Shown: one piece after another, positions 12,920 through 27,530 of the stretch
Layout of the letters: every line of letters begins with the position of its first letter
How positions within the stretch are numbered: position 1 is the first letter of the stretch
From: the human T2T-CHM13v2.0 reference genome, Homo sapiens
Reading direction: 5' to 3' (one strand)
NCBI RefSeq assembly: GCF_009914755.1
Contig: NC_060936.1
Length of the DNA: 64,000 nt
Translations under genes and position numbers: made by a program
Notes under the pieces: generated by a model
The model's database searches: none
Told to the model about the DNA's origin: nothing
The model's input: only the letters and a program-made list of their open reading frames with translations

Positions 12920-13165
12920 TTCCTTCCTCTTTCTTTCTTTTCTTTCTTTCTTTTTCTTTCTTTCTTTCGTTCTTTCTTTCTTTCTCTTTCTTTCTCTCTT
13001 TCTTTCTTCTTTTTCTTTCTTTCTTTCTTTTTTGAGACGGAGTCTCACTCTGTTGCCCTGGCTGGACTGCAGTGGCACAATCATAGCTCACTGCGTCTTC
13101 CTCCACCTCCTGGGCTCAAACAATCCTTCCATTTCAGCCTCCCGCTAGTTGGAACTACAGACACA
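12920..13165 (-). mobile_element. Partial AluJ with (TTTC)n tail
   Basis: GAGACGGAGTCTCACTCTGTTGCCC preceded by a TTTC tract. Confidence 0.8.
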
Positions 13166-13817
13166 CTGAAGCTCTTTTCTTCCTGGCACTCCCTTCCATC
13201 TGAAGGTGTCATTCATGTATTTGTTTTTCTTGCCCCCTAGAATGTCAGTGTCAGGTGAATCCTTGCATCTCAAGGCCTGGCCCAATGCCTGGCACGAGGG
13301 ACCCACTCATTAAATATTAGGATGAACCATTTTAATTTGTTGATATTTGACTGGTTTTGATCTTTAAAAATGGCAATTTCAAGTGTTCCTACCTAATCTT
13401 GAACGAATAAGTGAATAAACGAACGAATGCATTTTTCTTCTCTGTGCCTCTGCCCTCTTGCCTACAAGGTGGGGTCAATGATTGCAGGATGAAAGTCCTG
13501 GGGAAACAGGAATGTCAGGCCCAGGGGCAGGGACTGGAGGTCAGCCCCCTAGCGAGGCTGCTGCTGCCCCTCTGTGCCAGAGAAGGGGGAGGCCGGGCGT
13601 CTGGGAGGCCCTGCGGCTGGAGATATGGGCATGATGAATGGATTGTGGAATAGGTCCTAGGAGGAGAGGGAATGGATAGGAATGACACTATTTAGCTGAG
13701 GAATGACCTCCTGACACTCTTCAAATAAATGCGGGCTTGTTATAGAGATGGGGAGGCAGCTGCCGCCGCTGCCGCTTGTGATTCTGGTATACAAGAACAA
13801 AACGGACTGGCAGTGCA

Positions 13818-14305
13818 TGTGCATGCGTGTGTGTGTGTGTCAGGGTGTGTGGGTGTGTGCCAGGGTGTGTGGGTGTGTATATGAATCTGTGTGCATGTGA
13901 GGTTGTGTATCTGTCTGTGTCAATCTGTGTGTGTTTGCATGGAACTATGTGTGTCTGTCTGTGTTTGTCTCCTTTGTGTGTCTGTGCATGTGTGTCTATG
14001 TGTTCTTTACGTAGATGTGGAAGAATGGGTTGTTGTAAGGGTGTCTCTGTGTGTATGTGTCTATCTTTATGTAGGTACGTGTGTGTGTCTGATTGTCTGC
14101 CTGGCTTTCTGAGTCTGTTTATCTGTGTTTGTTTGTGTGTATGTTTATATTCATGTGTCTGTCTTTGTACATGTCTGTCTTTGTATGTGTATGTCTGTCT
14201 GTCTCTGTTACATGTCTGTCTGTCTTTGTGTGTGCCTGTCTGTCTCTGTGTATGTGTTTGTCTCTGTGTATGTATTTGTGTGTGCCTGTGTGTCTGTCTT
14301 TGACG
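13818..14305. repeat. Degenerate (TG)n/(TGTC)n low-complexity tract
   Basis: Read directly. Confidence 0.9.
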
Positions 14306-15302
14306 TGCCTGAACATAAGAGCCACCTGGATTCATGAAAGAAGCTTTCCTGCACCTCCAGAGCTGTCCACTTTCCATTTAAGTTCCAACTATGAAACCTT
14401 CACTGGCTGAGCATCTACCATGCACCAGGCACTGCACTCGGAGAGTAAAACCAAAAACAGAGCACCTGGAGATAAAGAACTCACTGTGCCCCTTGGATTC
14501 AGACGAACACGTTAAGGGAACGACAGGCAGTAATTAACCACTAACTGGGTGTCTCAAGAACTTCCTGTGGCTGTTTGAAAATCTCATTTCTGCTTCTATG
14601 AAGTGAGTGCTATCATTGTTCCCACTTTGCATGGGGGAAGCTGAGGCACAGAGAGGGCAAGTCACTTGCCCAAGGACACACAGCAAGTTGATGGTGAGAT
14701 GGGGAGTTGGTCAATCTCTAGGACTCACGTTCTTTTCTATTTACACTGAAGATCTTTATTGATTGACAGTAAAAGCAATCATTTGGGAGAATTAATTTTT
14801 TTTCTTAATTTCCAAGCCTCTCTTGGTTTTCAAGGAGAGTTAAAAAATACTCCAACCTACCCCTATGTCAGGTCATAAAGTCATACACAACCGTCCCGAG
14901 GGCTGCCTGGGTGCCTGCTACTCACAGACAGGAGGGATGAGAGACCAGAGGGCTAGGGAGGCCAGGGGAAGGGCCCCGCCATACCACTGGCCAGGCAGCA
15001 TCTCTAACAGGTGATGCTGGGGAGGAGTGCCAGGTGGAGCATGTCAAGAAGGCCCTTTGAGAAGGAGGGCCAGACCGGACCAAGTGCTTTGGCCAGCGGG
15101 ATTTAATCAAGTGCAGGCAGGAGCTCAGGAGGGTGAGCAAAGGGCCTTGTCTCTCACAGTGTGGTCCGAGGACAACCTCCATCAGTGTCACCTGGGATAC
15201 GGGTTAAAGATGTAGATTCCTGGGTTTGCTGTAGGCCTACAGAAGCAGTTTCTACAGCAGCAGTTTATCTCAAGGTAGGGCCCATGAATCTGAATCTTTT
15301 AA

Positions 15303-15611
<309 letters not shown>

Positions 15612-16279
15612 TGATTCTTATACTCACTTGTATTTCAAAACCACAGACATTTGGGTTGCAAGGCGAAGCTGGAGGGGAGTAGGTAGTGCCAGATCACAGA
15701 TGGGCTTGAACACTGTGCTACACTTGGACTTTGTTCTAATGGCCATAGGGAGCCATCAGAGGTGTTTGAGCAGGGGAGGAACTGGTTTATTTCTCCAGTG
15801 GCACAGTGAAGGCTGATTGTAAGGAAATAAGATAACAGGCAGAGAGAACTGATATAAGACATTGTACAATAACCCACGTAAGAAATAGTAAGGCCTGAAT
15901 TTGGACAGGGAAGTCTGGGGAAGGGGCAGAATGTCACTAAGCGGCTTATTTGTGACATTGGCGAAGTTGTGGAATGTCCTCCTTGCATGGAGGCCAGGGC
16001 TGGGGGGCAAATGTCTTGACATTCCAATGTAGAGCTGTCTTCTAGGTTTAGATTTATGCTCTGAATTTCACCAAACCAGAGAAGGCTTCCTGGAGGAGGT
16101 GATGTCATCACCAGAGCTCAGTGAGTGGCAAAGCCAGGGAGAAAAGAAATGGGGTTTGGGGAGAAATGGTCCAGTGTTCAAAGCCACTCCATCCTAAGGG
16201 GCTTCCTGCATCCAGGGCATTGCTGATTTCTCCACAGAGAGTTCCAGGGACCCCTCCTGGGTGTGTGTCCTCCATCAAG

Positions 16280-16960
16280 ACGTGGAGAAAGTTGATTAGT
16301 GTGGGAGGCAGCCAGGACTGGCGTTTCTAATTAACACGCAGGCAGGGAGAATGCCTCTTCTTCCAGAATCTGTATTCAGCTGATTGAATATCAGGGCTGG
16401 GGCTAAACTATGAATCGTGTGTCAAAAAATAAAGCCTGTGCTCTCGGCTCGTTAAAGGAACAGCGTCCCATTTTCAGTTCTCTGCTTCTCCAACAGCCTG
16501 CCTGGACAGGGAGGAGGACCCATGAGATGGAGACCCCTGGAGCTGGGTGTGAGGCCTGGGGGAGGCTCCAGGCAGGCATGAGAAGGGAGAGGCATTTGGG
16601 GAATGGAGAGATCAGGCTCGGATGGAGAAACCCCAGAGGAAGATGGAGGAGAACCCCAGATGGGTTTTTGGGAGCTACTAGGTTCAGGAGGAGAAGGAAA
16701 AGAAACGGGCCGTAAAAAGAAAAAGGCAGCTTGCTATGGCAGGGGAGAGAGAGAGAGGGGCGAGCAAACACAGGTTCATTAATCTGTAGTTCGTCTGCCT
16801 TTTCTGTTAGGAGGATGAACTTGATGAGTTAATTAAGTCGCAGTCTGTAAAACCAGTTTATTTGCATAGCAAACTCCTGGGCCAGTGTGCTGTGAGTTGA
16901 GTGTGTACCAGCAGACAATTCGGGGGAAATTACAGCCTCATTAATATGCTAATCTGGTTG
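16280..16960. promoter_or_regulatory. Candidate developmental enhancer (homeodomain/POU motif cluster)
   Basis: Repeat-free; TTAATTAA 16829, ATTTGCAT 16860, ATGCTAAT 16946, several TAAT/ATTA. Confidence 0.45.
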
Positions 16961-17149
16961 CAGGCCTGGAACGGAGTTTTGGGTTGGTGGTGCTTGGGGG
17001 TGGTGGGTGTTTGGTTGCTTAGCAACCCTTTTCTCCAGGTAACCCTTCTCTGGCTTGCCCTTGATATCCCCAAAGGATTGCAATGTGGAAGACGAGGTAA
17101 GCAGGGAAAGCATTCTGTTGTCACAGAACAGTGAGCAAAATAAAAGGCA

Positions 17150-17451
17150 AACACACACACACATTCACACGCATAGCCACATTATGCCGGTGTCTCTACA
17201 AACAGGCTCGGGAGGGGGCAGGGGAGGCTGTGTGGGTGCAATAGACAGACACCAACATGCAAAAGCACAGTGTGTGGAGTCTGTGGCAATAGACACAGAG
17301 ATGGTAACACTCTACTACACACACACACATGCACACACATACTTGCATGTGGATGCAAACACAATTGGTGCATGGGTTTTGTTTAACAAATAAACCTGCA
17401 CAATGGGATACTCAGCCTCTGCAATAATGCATACTGTTTGTACTACCCCCA

Positions 17452-17489
<38 letters not shown>

Positions 17490-17810
17490 AGAACCTGTGT
17501 GTGAAGTCTTTCCCAATAACACAATAGATGCAAATGCGCTAAACATAGTCATATGCAGATTCTGTAAATGATTAATAATCAACTGTAAAATGCACAGACA
17601 AACACACATACACGTTGCACAGAGCTTGCACAAATAGGCTCTGGAGAAAATGACAGGTAGGTGTGTGCATATGTGGACACACAGAAACATACATGCACCA
17701 TATATGACACTGATGCAAAAAGACATTGGGTGTAGTATGCATGGACACAGAAACAATGCATGACAAGGTCTAGTGAGAGTCACTTGGTTAGATTCAACAC
17801 ACACACAGAG
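17150..17810. repeat. Degenerate (CA)n-rich tract with a perfect (AC)n at ~17454-17487
   Basis: Read directly. Confidence 0.85.
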
Positions 17811-18099
17811 GCATGCAGCAGAGAGCTCACAGTTTCAGAGTCCTATCCCTTTTCCCTCTCCCTTGTTTCTTCTGAACTAAGCCTACTTTTTATATCGCAC
17901 ATTCCTGCTGCCTCTCCACATTCCCAGGCTCAGTGACTGCCCCCATCCATGCTTTGCCCAACCCTTTGTCCCTTCCTTACCCACCTGGTTGCAGCACTGT
18001 CTTCTCAGGCTATTGTGTATCTGACAGGCAGCACCAAAGATAGCCAAGCTTCCCCAGAAAGATCAATGTATGGGACTCAAGGGCGTTAATGCCTTACCT

Positions 18100-19230
18100 T
18101 GCCATAAAAAAAGAACCACGCCCAGACAGTCTTACAGGTGAGTTGTATAAATGTTAAGAAGCAGATAACTCTTGTATTAGATTTTTCCAGAAAAATAAAA
18201 CAAAAGGAAAGCTGTCCAACTCGCAATTTTGACAATAAGCCTAGGCAAGAGAATACAAGAAAAGAATCACCAGTAATTGGAGGAATGTTTATGAAAAAAA
18301 CCTCAATGACTTACTATGGTATTCCTATCCAACTGGTAAAAATCAGAACATTGGGACATATAACACCAAGAGCTGGTGAGGACATGGAGAAATAAATGTC
18401 CTGATGTGTGCTGTGGGGTATTGCCTGGAGCAGCCAGTTTGAGGAGTGGTTAGCCAGTATTTTATGATGTTAAATATTTGCAGACAGCATGCTCCAGAAA
18501 TTCAATTCTTGGGTAGGAACCGCAGAGAAACTCTCAGATATATAAGAAAACATGCATGAAACATGCATGTTCATTGCAGCAGTGTTCATACTGGCAAACA
18601 GGCAAACTGATGGTCCATCATTAGGCAAATGGATAAAGAAAACAAGGTAAAGAGAGGTGTTCAAGATCGTGCAGCAGCAGAAAGACCAAACTAGAGCTAC
18701 ACATAACACCATGGATGACCACAAAAATATGGTATGTGAAAAAGTATGGAACAGAATAAGACTTGTAAAATCAATATCATTTGGGTAAATTAAAAACAAT
18801 AATACTGTTTATCAACAGTTGACTGGATGGACAAATTGCATACAGTGGAGTACTACGCAGCAATTAAAAGGAACATGGTGTTGATCTGGGTAGTGATACT
18901 GGTGAATCTCAAGAGCTTCATGCCAAGTGAAAGAAGCCAGGCCCAAAAGAGTCCCTATGATAGGATTCCATTTATAGGAATGTGGAGAATAGTCAAAACT
19001 GATCTATGGGGACAGGAAACACATCAAAGGCTCCCTGGATTGGGGGGTGGGGGTGGGGGAATTGACTCCAAAGAGATTCAAGGAAACTTTTTCCTGGGGT
19101 GTTGGAAAAGTTCTATATCTTGGTTGTGGAGGTTACATGAGTGTATACATTTATCAAAACATATCAAGCTGTACCCTTAGAACAGATGCATCATTTGAAT
19201 ATAAATTAGTCTCAATAAAGTTTATTTAAA
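18100..19230 (+). mobile_element. Old L1 (L1M) ORF2 and 3'UTR fragments
   Basis: ATGTTCATTGCAGCA, TACAGTGGAGTACTACGCAGCAATTAAAAGGAA, AAGTGAAAGAAGCCAG, ending CTCAATAAAG. Confidence 0.75.
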
Positions 19231-19387
19231 ACAATTATTTTGTTGTAAATAATGAGATATAAGATAATACTGTAAAAATTTTAATGATATCTATCTCTAT
19301 ATCCATCTTCTGTAATCCATTCTCTCTATCAATCATCTATAACATATAATCTATCAATCAATCACCTATAATCCATCATCAATCTGT

Positions 19388-19610
19388 AGTGAGACCCCAT
19401 CTGTATGAAAAATAAAAAAATTAGCCCAGTGTGGTGGCACATGGCTGTAGCCCCAGTTACTTGGGAGGCTGAGGTGGGAGGAGCACTTGAGCCCAGGAGT
19501 TTGAGGCTGCAGTGAGCTGTGATCGCATCAGTACACTCCAGCTGGGATCACAAAGTGAGAATCTGTAAAATAAAATAAAATAAAATAAAATAAAGTGAAA
19601 TAAAATAAAT
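19388..19610 (+). mobile_element. 5'-truncated AluJ within a degenerate TCTA tract
   Basis: GTGAGACCCCATCT...GAGGCTGCAGTGAGC with (TAAAA)n tail. Confidence 0.8.
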
Positions 19611-19735
19611 CTATCTATCATCTATGATCCATCTTTCCATCACCTATCTATCATCTATGTATCATCTATATTCTATCTATTTGACACACATAAGTGCCTG
19701 TAGTGGGAAGGAAAATGAAATTGTGAATGGGCAAT

Positions 19736-20231
19736 TGTGGTAGATTGGATCATTGATCATCATTCCCAGCCCTTCTCTCCCTCCTTGTTATAGAATTATA
19801 CTTCTCCACCTTTGCCAAGTCTTCGGTGTGTGTGTGTGGTAGTTCCCTGCCCCTTCCTTGACCTTGGACTTAGGCAACTGACTTTTGGCCAAAGGAATGT
19901 TAAAGGATGTGACACAACCAGAGGTTTTCAATGTGCTTGTGGGGTTTGCCTTGCTCTCTTAACTTTTATGATCCCCCATGATAAGCTCATGCCCCAGGCA
20001 GCCACTTCCCCTTTAGTCTGGGCCCTGTGGAGCAGACCTGGGCCCTCTAGGAATCCTGGAGCGCAGCTGAGCTGACCCAGCTGGGCCCAGTCTGGATCAG
20101 CCAAACCACAGCCAACCCACAGGCTCACATGTGTGAAAAAAAACCTGACAAACATGTTTATTGTTGTAAGCCTCTGGGGTTTTGAGGTTGTTTGTTCTGC
20201 AGCATCAATGCAGTAAAAGCTGACTAATACA
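19736..20231 (+). mobile_element. MLT1-family solo LTR
   Basis: TGTGGTAGA...TTGTTGTAAGCC...GCTGACTAATACA termini. Confidence 0.7.
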
Positions 20232-20407
20232 GAAATAAAGGGAAAAATAATACTAAAATAAAAAGCAAAAGAGTAGCCTTGCCTGAATAAATGACAATAG
20301 CATGCGCTATGAGTTGAGGAGAGAATTATCTTAATTCCAGCACCTAGGGTTAGAAAGGAACCAACCCATCCACTCACAAACTCCCTACGCATCTTCAGGG
20401 CACCTTA

Positions 20408-20644
<237 letters not shown>

Positions 20645-21156
20645 TGTTGTATACAAAAAATGTTGGCAAAACAACCAGGCCCAGATTCCAACTCTCCTTA
20701 TCTGAAACTGGGGAAACCCCACCTTCCTTCCTTCATCCTGGAGTGCTTAATTTTAGAATCTCCCACAGTTAGAAAGGAATTTAATTTACCCGCATTGCTC
20801 TGGTCCCCCGACGTGATTCTGCAGTTTCTAAAAACTGCTCCTTCACACTCTCAGGGCCTGTGCCAAGGTTGTTCCTCCTGCCCAAAACACTGTTCCTGTG
20901 ACGGAAACTTATTTACCCCTCAAGACTCAGATCAAATGGGCACTCAGAAAATATTCGTTATAGTAACTTTCTGCACATGCTAGGGTTGTACTCTGCTAAG
21001 TGCTTCCCATAAATCATCTCACTTCATCTTCACAAGAACTTCATAAGATAGGTGCTATTGCTGTCTCCATTTTACAGATGAGAAACTGAGGCTCAGAGAG
21101 GTTAAGCAACTTGCCCTTGGTCACACAGCCATCCAGTGATAAAAATCTATGAGTCT

Positions 21157-21477
<321 letters not shown>

Positions 21478-21909
21478 TCAAAACCTTGGTCCAAAATCAA
21501 AGAACTTTGATCCTAGATTTTTTTAGGATGTCCCCTCTGTTGGATGTCTCTGCTCTTCCAAGAAGGCAGCAGGAGGCAGGGAGGCAGGGAGATTGTTCTG
21601 TGATGGAAGCCTTAATGTGCTTGAACCTGAAAACATCACCTTGGGGAAGGGCTTTGTCCCTTAAGAAATTATAAATATTTCATTTTCCCTCTTCTCTCCT
21701 GCCTTGTCAGCCCCGAGATGGAATTATCGATGGGGCCTGGGTGATGGACAGATTGGCGTGGTTCTGTATTGATGAGTTAATAGATTGTTGGCTCTTTTTT
21801 CCATTCTCTGAAAAAAAGAAGTCTTGACAGCTGTTTTCGCTGTCGTCAGGGTGGGTGGAGGCTGCCGCGGAAGGTGATAGAAAGTAAGGTCTTAGTTGGT
21901 GGGGGTGGC

Positions 21910-22598
21910 ATCGTTAGACAACCCTGTCAGCTCGACCTTGAACATTGATCCTGAATCCAACCACCTCCCACTCTCTCTGCTGCAGCCCCCCGGTCCAAGA
22001 CCCCTTCATCTCCTGCCTGGGTCATGGCAGAAGGCTCCTCACTGGCCTCCCTGCTCCTGTCCTCACCCCTCAACCCATCCTGCATCCAGTAGTCAGAGGC
22101 ACCATTTCAAAATATAAGCCAGATCCTGCCACTGCTCGGCCCCAGACCCTCAGATGGCCCCATCGCATCCGAGGCCCAGAGCCCTTACTGCGGTGCCAGC
22201 ACTCTCTGCCCTCATGCCCTCCTCTGTCCTTTCCTCTCTTTTTTCTAGCCATGGTCTGTGAGGTCCTTCCATTCCTCAAACTCTCCAAGCGTGGCCTCAT
22301 CCTTGGGTGTTTGCATCTGCCATTCCCTTTACTGGAATGCTCTTCCCACGGATGCCCCTCAGCCCCCAACTCATGTCCTCATTTCACGTCTCTGTCCGAA
22401 TGGCCCCTGCACAGAAGCCTTCCCCGACTACCCTGCATAAATACCCCATTCCCCTCTAGTTCCTCCCCCAGGTCTGTTTTTCTGCACAGCACTTACCACT
22501 TCTTGATGTTACTTACAGTTATTTATTTGCATGTTGACCATTTCTCTTCTTAGAACAGAAGCTCTAGGAAACCCATGAGGGCAGACTTGTTCATGGTT

Positions 22599-22600
<2 letters not shown>
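21910..22600 (+). mobile_element. L2 fragment
   Basis: L2-like CCTCACTGGCCTCCCTGC...CACAGCACTTACCAC...CCATGAGGGCAG. Confidence 0.6.
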
Positions 22601-22633
<33 letters not shown>

Positions 22634-22970
22634 TTGAGACTCTTCTTTTGCCCAGGCTGGAGTGCGTGGTGCTCACTGCAACCTCCACCTCTCGGATTCA
22701 GGTGATTCTCCTGCCTTAGCCTCCCGAATAGCTGGGATTACAGGCATGTGCCACCATGCCTGGCTAATTTTTTATATTTTAGTAGAGATGAGGTTTCAAC
22801 ATGTTGGCCAGGCTGGTCTGAAACTCCTGACCTCAGGTGATCCGCCCACCTCAGCCTCCCAAAGTGCTAGGATTACAGGCGTGAGCCACTGCGCCCAGAT
22901 AGACTCATAGATTTTTATCACTGGATAGCTGTGTGACCAAGGGCAAGTTGCTCAACCACTGTGCCCAGCC
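22601..22970 (-). mobile_element. AluSx-like with a templated insertion near its 5' end
   Basis: TSD CATGG(T/C)TGTATT at 22592 and 22971; extra segment 22901-22957. Confidence 0.9.
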
Positions 22971-22996
22971 CATGGCTGTATTCTTCTTACCTTGAA

Positions 22997-23214
22997 CAAG
23001 GCCAGCAAATTACAGTCTGTGGATAAAGCCTGCTCACAGGCATTTGTAAATAAAGTTTTATTGTCACACAGCCATACCTGTTCATTTCTGTATGATGTAC
23101 AGCTGTGTTTGCTCTGCAATTGCAGAGCTGAGGAGTTGTGACAGAGACAGGAGGGCTTGCAAAGCTGAAAATATCTACTATCTGGCTCTTTACAGAAAAA
23201 GTTTACTGACCCTG
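22997..23214 (+). mobile_element. MER58A
   Basis: TTTGTAAATAAAGTTTTATTG...ACTATCTGGCTCTTTACAGAAAAAGTTT. Confidence 0.8.
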
Positions 23215-23688
23215 GCTTAGAACAATGCCTGACAGAAAGCAGGTGTTCAGTATTTATTTATAGAATGAATGAATGAATATGAGATCTAGTATGTTTTAAA
23301 AACCAGACTGACCAGCAGGTTAAATGACCAGGCACTGCAGCCATATGCAATTTTTGACCATTGAGGAAATGTTCTTTTTCAGGAGGACTCTCCTGTCCAT
23401 CAGAACTCTCTCAGTTGCAAATAATAAGAAATCTAACTTGATTGGCTTGAGCCAGAAAAGGAAATTTGTTAGCTCATGAACTGAAAAGTCTAAGGTAGAC
23501 TACTTCAGGCACAGTTGGATCCAGGGGCTGGTCCTCCCAGGTTCAAGGCCAGAGAAAGGGAGAGTCTCTCCTCTTCCTGGGAGCATGTCTTTGGGTTAGC
23601 TGGTTAGCTTTCAGAGCCTCAGTTTTCTATCTGTAAAGTGGGAGGAATAGTGGCCCTGCCTCAGAAGGTAGCTGCAAGGGTGAAATGA

Positions 23689-24017
<329 letters not shown>

Positions 24018-24029
24018 TGGGCTGGATTT

Positions 24030-24536
24030 AAAAATATTCACTTGTGAATCCCCAGAACCTGTGAATATGTAACTTTACATGGCAAAAGGCATTTTGCAGA
24101 TGTGATTATATTCAGGATCTTGAGATGGGGAGGTGATCCTGGATTATGTGTGAGCCCAGTGTCATCACAAGGGGCCTTCTAAGAGGGAGGTGGGAGAGTC
24201 AGAGTTAGAGAAGGAGATGTGATGATGGAAGCAGAGGTCGAGAGAGAGAGAGAGAGCTTGGTGAGAGAGAAGATGCTCTACTGCTGGCTTTGAAGACAGA
24301 TGAAGTGGCTACAAGCCCAGGAATTCAGGAGGCATCAAGAATCTGGAAAAAGCAACGACATGGATTCTCCCCTAGAGCCTCCAGAATGAATGCAGCCCTA
24401 CCAGCAACTTGATTTTAATCCAGTGAGACCTACGTTAGCCTTCTGACCTCCAGAACTGTAAGATAATACATTTTGCATTGTTTTAAGCCACTAAGTTTGT
24501 GGCAATTTGTTACAGCAGCAAGAAGAGGCTAATACA
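24030..24536 (+). mobile_element. MLT1D-like solo LTR
   Basis: GAACCTGTGAATATGT...CTCCAGAACTGTAAGATAAT...TAATACA. Confidence 0.8.
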
Positions 24537-25727
24537 GCAGGTAAGGCACTTATCACTGTGTCTGGCATGTAGTAAGCCCTTTGTAGACACGAGCTTCTAT
24601 CATTATTGGTTAGATGTTATTAGATGTTACAATATTCCCCACCTGTACCATTCTGGCTCCTCTTGGATCAGCTGAGCTATCTCAGATGGAACCCTAGGGT
24701 CATTCCCAGTCCCTGAAACTGTGTGACATCCCCAGGAGGTGCCAGGATTGGGGTTGGCTTCCTAGGAGATTCATCTGGGATCCACAGCTGACCTAGATCT
24801 GCATGGGGTCTAAAAGCCATCTCCCAAGTCCCCAGCCAGTGAGCTTTCCTTCAACTGGGCATCTCCATCACCTCCCTCCCTACCACATTATCCCCTTTAA
24901 TCCCCTCCCCACCAAGATATTTTTAAACCACTCCCTTTTCTACTCCCTATTGATCTTCAACCTGTTGCTCCCCAAAAGCAATTTGTGGCAGGGCCCAATA
25001 CATTCACCAGGTCTTTTGTCACCATCTCTCCTTTGCTCATTGAGGTCAGCAGCAGGATTCCAGGCTGGCCAAGGTATAATCTCCGGCTCCTCCAAGCAAA
25101 AGCTCTCAGTGGTTCCATTTCCTGACGGTGGAATGTTCTCTCATTTCAGCATGAGGGGCCATCCTTCTGTCATTTTGGCTGAAGGCTGGTCCCCAGAAAC
25201 AGCTACAAAGTCCTGTGTCCTTGTGCTCATGGGATCCGGGCAAGAGATAGCTTCTGCCACCCTGGCCTCAGCAGGGGAGGAAGCTGCCTGCAGGGGCTGC
25301 CTGAATGGGATGCTGTTTACATATAAGTTTATTTTATTTATTTCACATTCACATACATGGCCCTTAGTTTGTACCAGACATCATGTTTTAAGTGCTGCCC
25401 ACAGATTAACTTAACTTTCTTTTCTTTATTTTTAAAATTAAATAAAAATTGTATAGATTTATTGTGTACAACAGGATGTTTTGAAATATGTATACTTCGT
25501 GGAATGGTTTAATTGAGCTAATGAATAGCTTACTTAATTTTCATAGCAACCCGGTGGGGTCTGTGTGATTATTCTCTCCATTTTTAAGTGGGGAAATGGA
25601 TGCACAGAAAAGTTAAGTAGCTTTTGCCCAAGGTCACATAGTCAAGGTGGAGCTGGGGTTTGAACCCAGGCAGTCTGTGTGACAGTCACTACCCTATGTG
25701 CCTCTCAATCCATGGTAACAAGAGTTC

Positions 25728-26030
25728 TTTTCTTTTCTTTTCTTTTTTTTGAGACAGAGTCTCAATCTGTCACCCAGGCTGGAGTGCAGTGGCGCGATCT
25801 TGGCTCCCTGCAACCTCCGCTTCTGGGTCCAAATGATTCTCCTGCCTCAGCCTCCTGAGTAGCTGGGACTACAGCCGTGTGCCACCACACTTGGCTAATT
25901 TTTGTGTTTTTAGTAGAGATGGCATTTTGCCATTTTGGCCAGGCTGGTCTTGAACTCCTGACTTCAAGCGATCCACCTGCCTCGGTCCCCCAAAGTGCTG
26001 GGATTACAGGCATGAGCCACTGTGCCCGGC
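25728..26030 (-). mobile_element. AluS
   Basis: Antisense dimer. Confidence 0.9.
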
Positions 26031-26419
26031 CCCGTTTCTATTTGTCTTCCCACCGTCATTCTTTCCTCTCCTATACTGACCCTGCCTCCTCCATCCTGGG
26101 GTGGGGCATGACTCTAAGCCCTTAATCTGGAGCCAGCTGCCTGGGACTTGAATAATGTTCCTCAGCCTTGTCCCTAACACTGCCATTATCATTTTACAAC
26201 CTGCCCATTGATCCCTTGATCTTTACAATGACTCCTGGAAGGAGGTGCTGTCATCATCATCCTCAGCCCCACAGGATAGGTTGAAGAACCTGAGATGAAA
26301 TCCAGGCTCTGAGAGGAGAGGTTGCTGCTAGCCCAGGGCCACCCAGTTAGGAAGCCGCTGAGATCCCTGGCATTCTGGCTCCAGGGTGGACCTGGGCTGT
26401 GGTGTCCCTGTAGTAGGGG

Positions 26420-27056
26420 ATGGTCACATTTCCTCGGGCTGCTGTAACAAATGCCACACACTGGGTGCCTTAGGATAACAAACATGTATTGTCTCACAGT
26501 TCCAGAGGCTAGAAGTCCAAAGTCAAAATGTGGGCAGGGCCATGCCTGCTGGGAAGACTCTAGGGGAGGATCCTTCCTGGCGTCCTCCAGTGGGATTCTG
26601 GTGGCCGCTGGCCATCCTTTACGCTCCTTGTGGCTTCATCACTTCAAGTCTCCATCTTCACATGATGTGGCTGCTATATCTCCTCATGTCATCTTCCCTC
26701 TGTGCATGTCTGCCCCTGTGTCTGCCTGTATGTCCACATTTCCCCTTTTGGTGGTGGCTCATGCCTGTAATCCTAGCACTTTGGGAGGCCGAGGCAGGCA
26801 GATCTCTTGAGAAGCTCAAGAGTTTGAGACCAGCCTGGGCAACATAACAAGACCTCTTCTCTACCAAAAGAGAAAAAAAAAGGTGTATATATAAAGATAA
26901 GGATACCAGCATATTGTATCAGAGCCGACACTAAGAACCTCATTTTAACTTTTTACTTGACTATCTCTGTAAAGATCCAAATGAGGTCACATTTTGAGGT
27001 CCCGTGGATGAAGACTTCAACATGCTGTTTTGGGATATGCACTTCAATTTATAATA
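26420..27056 (-). mobile_element. MLT1B/C-like LTR with a FLAM inserted at ~26750-26882
   Basis: GCTGCTGTAACAAATGCCACACACTGGGTG...GAGGCTAGAAGTCCAA. Confidence 0.75.
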
Positions 27057-27369
27057 GTGATGTTGTCACTTGGGGCAGGAAGGATGCTTCCAAGCAGCCC
27101 TAGAACCCAGGATCTTTCCTTCCCAGGAAAGGGATCGATGGAATTCTAATCACTGGAACTTTGTATTCCTTCATCAGGCAGCTTGTCTGTCACTGTGTTT
27201 CCCATGAGACTGTAAGCTCTTTGAGGACAGGAATGTGCCTCCCCAGTGCCTAGCATTCAGCGGGCACTCAATAAACACTTGAGCGAATGAAAGAATAAGT
27301 GAATGCAGTGCCACCTCCCAGTTCTTCCGTCCACCCAGGGCCAAAAGGCAAACTGATTTGTCCAAAGTC

Positions 27370-27530
27370 TTGAATCTGTGGCTGAGCTGTTAGCATTTCA
27401 GCATCACAGAAACCCCTCTGCCCAGCTGCCAGCCCAGCAATGGTGAAATTATTAGATCCCATTATGAATTGGATTTTAATCTCCTGTAAATAGTCCTGCC
27501 ATTATAGTGTCATAAGCAGCAATTAGGACC
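27370..27530. promoter_or_regulatory. Candidate enhancer (ATTA-rich, FOX site)
   Basis: Several ATTA cores, TAATCT 27477, TGTAAATA 27485, CAATTAG 27520. Confidence 0.35.

Noticed and set aside
13721-14410. Cys/Val-rich and His/Thr-rich ORFs
   Set aside because: Translation of the TG-rich low-complexity tract.
21945-22553. 202-aa ORF
   Set aside because: Lies in decayed L2-like sequence with no recognisable domain.
24803-25414. 203-aa ORF
   Set aside because: No recognisable homology or exon structure; treated as a chance ORF.
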